Source: Paragordius varius (lineage: Eukaryota; Animalia; Nematomorpha). From it: 64,000 nt of DNA. The DNA lies in the NCBI GenBank assembly GCA_964247055.1, contig OZ176053.1:11036001-11100000 (forward strand). The letters are read 5' to 3'. Both the position numbers and the translations under genes were made by a program. Positions 55,801-64,000 of the stretch are shown in pieces. The stretch's first letter is position 1; the number at the start of each line of letters is the position of its first letter. The notes below the pieces were generated by a model. The model worked only from the letters and a program-made list of their open reading frames with translations, did no database searches and was not told the DNA's origin.

Positions 55801-56638
55801 AAAATGTATACTATTAGTAAATAAATGCATTTATTTATAGTTTGACAAAAAATTGTTATAATTTTTAAAATCAACTGTTTGTTTTTTAATGGATTTGGAA
55901 GTTATCTAAAAAATACCTGAATAAAGTTTACAGCAAAAACCATCAATTACGCAAATAACTTGTGACAAAATATACCCAAAAATGTATTTTCAAATAAAAA
56001 TCTCATATGTAATGAATTCATAGTAAATTACCTATTTTTGTGAGAAAATAAAGACAAGATGTTGTTTAAATCTATAGATAACTCAACAAATAATTCATGT
56101 TTGTAAAGGGTTGCAAATAAATTACTCAGAAATTTTAAAGTTGTTTCATAAAATTTCCATTCATTTGATTCGAAATCAATGTCATTTTTAATATTTGCCT
56201 TTGAAGACGCTAAAATACACTTTTGTAGCAAATAATTTACGGTAATATTTTCAAAAATATTATTTTTTACGGCTAAGCGGGCCAATATTTCACCTAAATT
56301 TATTGAATATTCAAACCTACTTTGATTCGAATTCTATATTCAGAATGATAAAAATTTTCCCATAGATATTCTATCAACCTCTTCTCACATACAGTATCGT
56401 TAAAAGACATCAACAATATTTCGATGGCATGAAGATTACCCATTGTTTTAGTCCATTTTACTACGGGTTTCTCAAGACATAATTTTAAAAAACTTTCAAT
56501 TTCGTCGTTTTTTAAATTTTTAGTAAAATTAATCAATTCAGATATGGCTTTTTCACGGATGAATTTGGATTCATTACATAATTTTTCTAATAGATTTTTA
56601 AATATATCTATTTTTTCCATGCTGTCTGTGGTGAGCAT
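50792..56638 (-). CDS. Uncharacterised HEAT/ARM-repeat protein (about 14 exons)
   Basis: A frame-consistent exon chain with HEAT-like repeats: HSEYRIRIKVGEILARL, NRFVREAAFHLL, SDNWSQVRYAAS, LPRICLNRYYLAEGVRIYNQITW, DNHAVREAACLCISEL, FEDDSWPVRDMACVACG, DPIHSVRQGAA, MYSCGSLAPK..GGCCD..RPSQPWERVDG, FGPNIVRGRLENYNP. First intron is 23 nt (56294-56316). Confidence 0.85.
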
Positions 56639-56682
56639 TCATTATTGCTGATGTAGAAACTATTTAAAGCGAAGCGATTAGG
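56639..56682. promoter_or_regulatory. Extremely compact divergent intergenic region (HEAT gene / syntenin)
   Basis: 44 nt between divergent ATGs (62 nt if the HEAT gene starts at the second Met, 56620). Confidence 0.55.
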
Positions 56683-59640
56683 ATGAATCCAAAACTTTAT
56701 CCATCGTTTGAAGATATGCGATATGACCAATATCTACAAGTCCGATTATAATGAAATTATTAGGCTCAATTAAGAGAAAACCCAACAGATATAATTCCTT
56801 CAGCTCCATATCCTACCATTGACACTAAATCCAATTCAGATGCTTATTTGAACATTAACAATAAATCTCACATTCTTATCACTCATGTAAATTAATGAAT
56901 ATATTAATATAGAATAACAGTCCTTTACACATATCTCTTTTAACACCAAACTCCTCACCAACTTCTAATCTGGTAGCTTTTAATGGCCATGAAAATGGAA
57001 ACACATTTGAAGAAATAAAATCCAAAGGTTAAAAATTAAATAAAAAGTGTTAAAAACAGAATAATATTTGTATATGGTTTTTTTATAAATATATGAAAAA
57101 ATATTAGGATTACATAATTTTATATTATTATAATTTGAAAAATTTTAATAAGGAGGGATTTTTTATATTAATATGGATAACACAGGTGTTCACACGGAGG
57201 CTGCATACGGTCTTCCGAAATATTGTTGCTGCACGAGAAATATCTGTAAAAAATAAAATTCATCTTTTTTAAAAAAACTTGAATAAATTTTCCTGAATTT
57301 CGGCCATGACCTGGCAAGTATGTTGAAATAAATAGTAGTTTTTAGAAACTTATGTTTAATGTCCAATAAGGCCCGTTAAGCTAACACCTCTAGATTAGCA
57401 TATAATCTAATATTAAATTTACTCCATTATATTTTTTATACTTTTTTATCTTAATACAACATTAATTAAATAACTATGTTGAATTATATGGTTTTGTATT
57501 TTATTTAAACATGGCATTAAGATGAAACTCCTGGGCCAAAAATTGTAGCCCCACTTTCTGGCTCGATTCCTGGACACGAAAATTCTGCGCTCACCGCTGG
57601 ACTGAAAGAAATCGAAATTTTTAAATCTGAAACCAATGAAAAATTGGGCCTTAAATTACTGAGTTTTCAAGGGGTAATTTAGTTAAAATTTAAATTTTTG
57701 GAATTCGTTTTTATACAAAGGAAGAATAATAAATTATAAAAAATATAAATATCAGGAATTAACTGTTGGGACATAAAGGTAATCCAGTAGAATTTAAATT
57801 TGAAATTTATTTAACCGTGATTTAGTTATAAAAATATAAAGCAGAGTTAATAGAACAGTAATTTTTTTAAATACTTTTCCATATATCTTTCATTCCTTTA
57901 TCCTTGTTCTTTGTCCTAAATTTTTCTTTTTTTGTATCCTTAAATATTATTTTTTAACCATTTTTTAGGGCATTTTTATTGCGGGTATCAAACAAGAATC
58001 TCCATCATATTATGCCGGTGTTCGGTACAGTGATCAAATTTTGGAAATTAATCGTGAATCTGTTACTCGGCTTAGCGTAGAGAAGGCATTAAAACTGATT
58101 CAAAATTCGAGTCATTCTGTCGAAATGGTACTTCGAGATAGGTGAATTAATAAAATAATTATGGATGCTAAAAAAATAATTGGCCTATTATTGATTACCC
58201 AAATTTAGTCATAAACCCTTTAAATTAACACTTTAACACGTACAATTCGTTTTTAAATAATTGAGTTTCTCTGAATGCATTTAAAATTTTCCCTAAAAAA
58301 TTTATCAATTTCTGTATCCGACTTATATTGAGGTCAAATATTTTGGCATACCATTTTCTGGTTTCTTACGGTATTTTTTCACTTGACATCGGTTTCTTTT
58401 AACTTAATTTTATTATATATAAATTTTGTCTACAACACATTTAAATTATAAATTATGTTTTCAATATTTGTAAATGGAATTTATTTAGAATGGAAATACA
58501 CAAAAATGATCATTTAAACCTTTAACCAATATTTATAAATGAATGATAAGTGTATTTAGTTCAATTAACCATTATACTTTCTAGTAGTTTATTCCAAGAA
58601 CTGCGTATTTGAACTGATAAGGCCTTTAAAATTAATAAATGTAAGTTTAAAGTTTATAATGCAAATTTTAGGTGGTAGAGTAAGTTTATTATATTGTTAA
58701 AATATCACTATATACCATTTATATTTCAAATTTACTCTTAAATAAATTATGTGTTTTAAAATTATAATTTACCTATAATTTAATATATTTTTTAAAAAAT
58801 AAATTTTTTTAAAAAATTTAAATACAACAGAAAAAATAATAAATTATGCTATCATGATATATTTTATATTAATAATGAGTTATAATAGTTCTAAAACACA
58901 TAATTGTTTTTTTAGGGTGAACTAATGGTATATTAAAATTTTTTTTATTTGTCCATAGACCATTTGTAAGGAATATGGTGCTGCACAAAGACAGTCAAGG
59001 ATACTTTGGATTCATTTATAAAAAGGGGCGCATCACTGATGTTGTGAAAGGGAGTTCGGCTTGTCGGAATGGCCTCCTAATCGATCACCACATTGTGGAT
59101 ATAAATGGATTTGATTGCATAAAACAAAAGGTAATATATTGGGTTTGAGTATTTAACTTGAAATCATAAAAGTAATAGATAAATCGTAGTATACCAATTT
59201 AATGCTCACTCAGTGATAAACCGGGGCCCTAAAGGTGCTTTTTTATGTGCTTATTTTGAGCATAAATTACAAATATATGCACATGTTTCAAACAGCTATG
59301 AAATGTTTTTTCGGTACTATATGATACCGTCCCTTGAGACAAGATATATGTTTTTTTGTGGTCCTTTAAATTTTTTGATGAGTCCTACTGATAATAGGTT
59401 AATTACTGTTTTGGACCATGGAAAACTGCATTTATTAGTAAGACGACAGCCATTGTTTTATGAGCGGTTAAAAATTCAACTCTATATATAAATTAATATT
59501 TTTAAAAACATATTATATATCATGTTCGAAATTTAATTATTTATATTTAGGATTCCTACATTTCCGATCTTTTATCAAGTTATGAAAGGATAGTTATCTC
59601 AATTATGCCCTCCTTTGTATATGACCATTTTAAAAATTGA
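56683..59640 (+). CDS. SDCBP: Syntenin (tandem PDZ adaptor), about 293 aa
   Basis: Exons 56683-56739, 56764-56886, 56913-57027, 57522-57673, 57969-58141, 58959-59130, 59551-59640. Motifs: [88 protein letters not shown]. First two introns are 24 and 26 nt. Confidence 0.93.
58714..58929. mobile_element. Small MITE of the ATAT-ACCATT family in syntenin intron 5
   Basis: atat|ACCATTT ... AATGGT|atat. Shares the tttagggtgaa subterminal motif with the 3208 element. Confidence 0.6.
59211..59390 (+). mobile_element. About 180-bp internal-deletion derivative (MITE) of the SPIN-like hAT
   Basis: Matches the reverse complement of both ends of 11850-14034 (cagtgat..aaacc.cggccc start; tgcaca..cagctatg..aaattttttgatgagtcctactg end). 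Confidence 0.65.
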
Positions 59641-59900
59641 ATGGGGATGATATCATATAATTTATTAGCTTTTTTATTATTTTTAATATCATTGCATTAC
59701 GTTTCGCATTTATTATGGATTGCATTTAAATCAAACATTGTATTTTGCGCAACTTAGTATTTATAATTATTTATCAAGGAGATGTGTATCATAATCTTTA
59801 CTTTTTAATTTTACACATTTGACCTTTGAAGATAATACAGTGTATAAAACGAATAAATTTATCTTTATTAACTATTTTTTAACTATATTCTCATACATAT

Positions 59901-59941
<41 letters not shown>

Positions 59942-60807
59942 GGATCTAGTTTTTTAAACGGCTAGAAAGAGAAAGTTTCAAAAAATAAATCTAAGTTTTT
60001 ATATTTAAAAAAAAATAATTAATAAATTTTGTTTTTTGTTACAATTTACATTTTGTTTGGCTACTTCCATTGCTTTTTTCCAATGTCAAATTTGTGGGAT
60101 ACTCGTTTTTTGGTTATTAACTATTTCGAATTTATATTTTTAAAATTGAGAGTGATAAATCTTAATATTAAATATTTTAAAGTAATCTTTTATCCCATCT
60201 GCTAAATATTAATGGTCTATTTAAAATAAATTTTGCATTGTTTTTTTTTTCAATATACTTATTTATTTTACCTAATTTGTCGGAAAATCGCTCAAAAGCC
60301 TATATTTGGGTCAATAATTGCATAAGACGAAGTTTAACGCGATAATCCGTTGTTATATCTTCGCCATAAAATAAGTACATATAATTTTGAATATTAGTTC
60401 ATTAAAAACACAATGTTTGTCAGGTCAGATCTACTTTTCTTATGTTAACCAATATTAGACTTATTAACGAAATGCAAAAAAGACTCCCGGCACAGGCATT
60501 AATCATAAATGCCCGTCAAATCATAAAAAAGCGAATTTCTCATCATAAGCCTCCACCGATCCATAATCAAAGAAAAGTTTAACTATAGGCAAATTAGTTT
60601 AATCCATTTTTCCCCAAAATATAGTAAATACTAATTTATATTGAAATACATTTTATTTAAACGTAAAAAATACATATTAACAAGCCAAATTTTACATATT
60701 CTATGGAAATAAATGCAATTTGCGCAAGTTTATATTAACACCCAGCCCATCCTCTCTCACATATATATTCTACAAAATCTTCCGTATTTTTATGTGTACA
60801 TATTTCC

Positions 60808-62261
60808 TTAAGCAATAGCTTTTTCCCTCATACTAAGGTTGTTGGTGAAGCGTTTGAACGTTAAATTTTGTAAATCGATTGAAACACTTTTCCCGTACAA
60901 AATGTGTTCCATACAAGCCCTTGCTGCCGCGGGTGCAAAACACGTCCCCTGACCGCTAAACCCTGTAAGGAAATGCACTCTATCCAAAAAGGTATGAGGT
61001 CCAATTATAGCATTTTGATCGACGAAATTGTAATCGATGGGAACGGCCCATGCATTCACAAGCTATATATATATAATATCCATAAACAAGTTTTATGTAA
61101 TGATAATGAAGCATTTTAACCCGTCTTTTCTAATAAATAACTCCCAAAATCTTCAAATATACCGTAAAAACTTTAAATATACCTTAAAAGCTTCAAACAT
61201 ACCAACGTTTCAAAGTTCTTCTCTCCAAATTAAAATTTACATATATTTAATATATTTAAAAATTTAACTCACGCGCTTTATTAATCTCGAACATGTTTAT
61301 TTTTTTTATTAAAAATCGAAATGTTTGATGGGAGGTTAAAAATCTTCAAGGTTATGCGCAAAGTAAATGATGAGTAAATTAAAACAGATTAAAGTAAACA
61401 GAATTAAAATTACATATGAGTGATTCATAAATCTGTGTTTAGGTAAAATATCATAAAACTACTTTAAGATCCCGAAAACACGGAATTCTATAAGCCAATG
61501 CTGGCCAAACCACATTTTCAAAATAATCCATATCCACTAAAGTATCTTCCGTAGAGTCGGGTTCTTGTTCCTATTAATCATTTTAATATTTATCAAAAAC
61601 TAAGTATCAAAGACAAATTAATTACTATAGGATAGGGTAGACAGACGTATTTGTGGTTATATAAGTTTTGTCTTGTGAATTTAATAAGGAAAAAATAAAT
61701 GTATGTGAGCAAATATTATTTTTTTGATTTTTTGCTTGTTAATTTATTAACAATTAACATTGTGTGCATAATTTAAGGCCATAAAATTAATTCAATAAAA
61801 ATTAAATACAGACAAAACATAAAGACGAATATTTTTTTCAAACCGGTGTTTTTTAAACTTGATTTTTTATAAGATAACTCTATCTTTAATAATGCAAAGC
61901 ATGAAATAGAGATGATTGGTATCAATATATATATATATATATATATATATTACTATTTTAATTAAATATTATATAGTTAAAACTCAAGGTTAAAAAGGTA
62001 TGGTTGCTTTTTTTCAAAAAAATCTTGTCTTTTATATTTACGTTTTATCTGTATAAATTTAATTTTTACTTTAATATTTCGGTTTAATTGTATAAGAATG
62101 CATATTATTTATTTAAAAGATTAACTTGAGTTGGTTCCAACATCACCATATAATTGCCTTTCGCATCGGCCGGCCTAACTGTGAGCCCAGTGTAATCTAC
62201 TAAGAAAGGGAAATCGAAGAAGGGAGCTTCTGGGCAATTAACTATATAAACGTACCGTTTT
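60808..62261 (-). CDS. FOXRED1: FAD-dependent oxidoreductase FOXRED1 (complex I assembly factor), last three exons; 5' part not in the window
   Basis: Exons 62261-62126 (KRYVYIVNCPEAP), 61570-61463 (EPD..YFENVVWPALAYRIPCFRDLK) and 61062-60808 (NAWA..DYNFVDQNAIIGPH..FLTGFSGQG..APA..RA..E.IL.GK..SIDL....F.RF). Confidence 0.88.
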
Positions 62262-62854
62262 CTATTGCAAACAAAAAAATGAAATTATTAGATATCTAGT
62301 GATTATGTTATAAAATTATTTTAAGATGTTGTTAATATTGTCAACGCGAATGAATATTTATTATATATAATAATTTAAATTTTTATCATGTAGCGATAAT
62401 TTTGAGTATAGTTTAATTTTGTAATTTAATTTAGATTATTATTTTATTGTTTTGTTGTTTCAAATATTTCGGTATATCTAAGATATATTACTTATGATAA
62501 TAAAAAATAACTAGAGAGTCTTTGAATTCATTAATATACATGGATAAAAATATGATGCATTATTTACAACTAAAAAATAAAATTTTAAATAATATTTATA
62601 TTGCTTACCTATTCAAAAAAATTGCATAAGTTCAAAATCCTAAAAATTATATACTGGAAGTTTAGACACACTCTAACAATATTTAAATATTCCACAATAT
62701 ATAACATTATATCATACTATACATAGATTTATTTATGATTTTACGAAAAAAAATTAATTATACGAATTTCTTTAAATACGATAAATCACCATTAAGTAAA
62801 TATATTATGTTTATTTAATTAATAAGATAATATGAAAAACTATTAACCATGATA

Positions 62855-63630
62855 TGTGTGTGTGTGTTATAAGCTAGTCATGTAGTGACTCTTGGCTTTC
62901 TCATAAATTAAAGTCCATCTTTGACGATCCTGTGATTCTCTCAACAATTGAGGAAAGTTCGGTTTGTTATTGATTTTAGCATGTCGATCCACCACTTTTT
63001 GGGTCGGCCCCTTCTGCGGGTGCCATATATTAACCCAAAAAGTATGTTTTTTCTAGCGAGTCGGATGCAGGATTTGACCAACATATTTTAGCTGTTTGAA
63101 GATTATTAAATTGTGAAGTAAAAATTCGGATTTGATGAGGTTGAGGATGTAATTGGAGATGTGGGCTTTCCAGGAGATTCTCAATATTTTCCGAAAGCAC
63201 CACATTTGAGAGTTTATGCGGGCTTTGTCAATGGATTTGCATATCCATGATTCGGACCCATAAATTGCCACGGGGTATATCATCGCCTTCAGGATGGCAA
63301 GTTTGGTTGGAAGTCTTATGACCGACGAGTTCCAAATTTTGGACAGATAACCCATAGTAGCACGTCCTAATGCTAGCCGTGCTCGTATGTCGGGATTCGA
63401 GCTACCGTCGGATGTAATTATGGAGCCTAAATATTTACAGTGGTTAGTTAGTTCGATGGTGGAGTTATGGATTGTAAATGGTAGTTGTGGAGCGTTTAGG
63501 ATTATTCTTTTAGATTTTGCTTTTTGTAATATTTTTCATATTAATCTATTTACATTTTATACTAAATCCTCTCATAATTGTGTTGCTATTTTGGGCTCCT
63601 ATGAATTCCCCAAATATCAAATGTTCTAAA
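62855..63630 (-). mobile_element. RTE-clade LINE 3' fragment
   Basis: CKYLGSIITSDGSSNPDIRARLALGRATMG..KIW..KLAILKAMIYPVAIYGSESW..MWCFRKILRISW..GRRGRP. The 3' tail ends in (CA)n on the minus strand. Confidence 0.9.
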
Positions 63631-63649
63631 AATTGGAAATCTTAATCTG

Positions 63650-64000
63650 CAGGGATACCAAAATTTGGACTTCACCAGTTAGCCATGAATAACCACACTA
63701 TTGCAATTATTGGATTATCAGAAACCCATATAATGAACAAGGGATATATAATTAATAACAACTATATATTATACCATTCCTGCCATCCTAATCTCAGAAG
63801 ATACGGTACAGGCATCATTATTCACAAATCTTTCGATTCGCTGACGAACCCAATTTTATCAACGATAGAATCATGAAAATTACATTCAATACACTTCCAT
63901 TGAAACTTAATTTGATCCAAGCATATGCTCCTACCAGCAATTCCTCAGAGGAAGATATTGAACAATTCTACTAGCTTCATAACACAGTCATAAACTGCAA
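63650..64000 (+). mobile_element. LINE apurinic-like endonuclease fragment (RTE-type ORF 5' region)
   Basis: IAIIGLSETH..YGTGIII..RIMKI..LNLIQAYAPTSNSSEEDIEQFY, with in-frame stops. Runs off the window end. Confidence 0.85.

Noticed and set aside
57183-57392. Possible extra syntenin exon or snoRNA in intron 3
   Set aside because: The frame hits a stop. The ends (caggtgtt / aacacctc) and GC-rich subterminal motifs resemble an eroded hAT MITE, too degenerate to call.
62242-62255. Possible 14-nt intron (gtacgtttatatag) in FOXRED1
   Set aside because: Read as exon it encodes the conserved KRYVYIV motif in frame.

Overview
AT-rich eukaryotic (metazoan-type) genomic DNA in the standard genetic code; genes end in TAA, TAG or TGA. 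Nine protein-coding genes were assembled by hand from GT-AG exon chains: a large retinal-type receptor guanylyl cyclase (+), CAPZB (-), Sm-F (+), RagC/D GTPase (-), UBR7 (+), an acid-lipase-family protein (-), an uncharacterised HEAT/ARM protein (-), syntenin (+) and the 3' part of FOXRED1 (-). Introns and intergenic DNA carry non-autonomous Helitrons, SPIN/Charlie-type hAT copies and MITEs, RTE-type LINE fragments and a family of ATAT-flanked foldback elements. The most striking signal is a set of ultra-short spliceosomal introns: nine of 22-26 nt, one of 33 nt and one uncertain 27-nt candidate. They are concentrated at the 5' ends of housekeeping genes and coexist with kb-sized TE-filled introns. 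Other notable items: 21-bp-periodic foldback arms, a head-to-tail foldback dimer in a UBR7 intron, a RagC/D with His at the G3 catalytic Gln, a lipase lacking the catalytic His, and divergent gene pairs with only 44 and 130 nt between start codons. All identifications rest on recalled family motifs, not on database searches, and exon boundaries are manual predictions.
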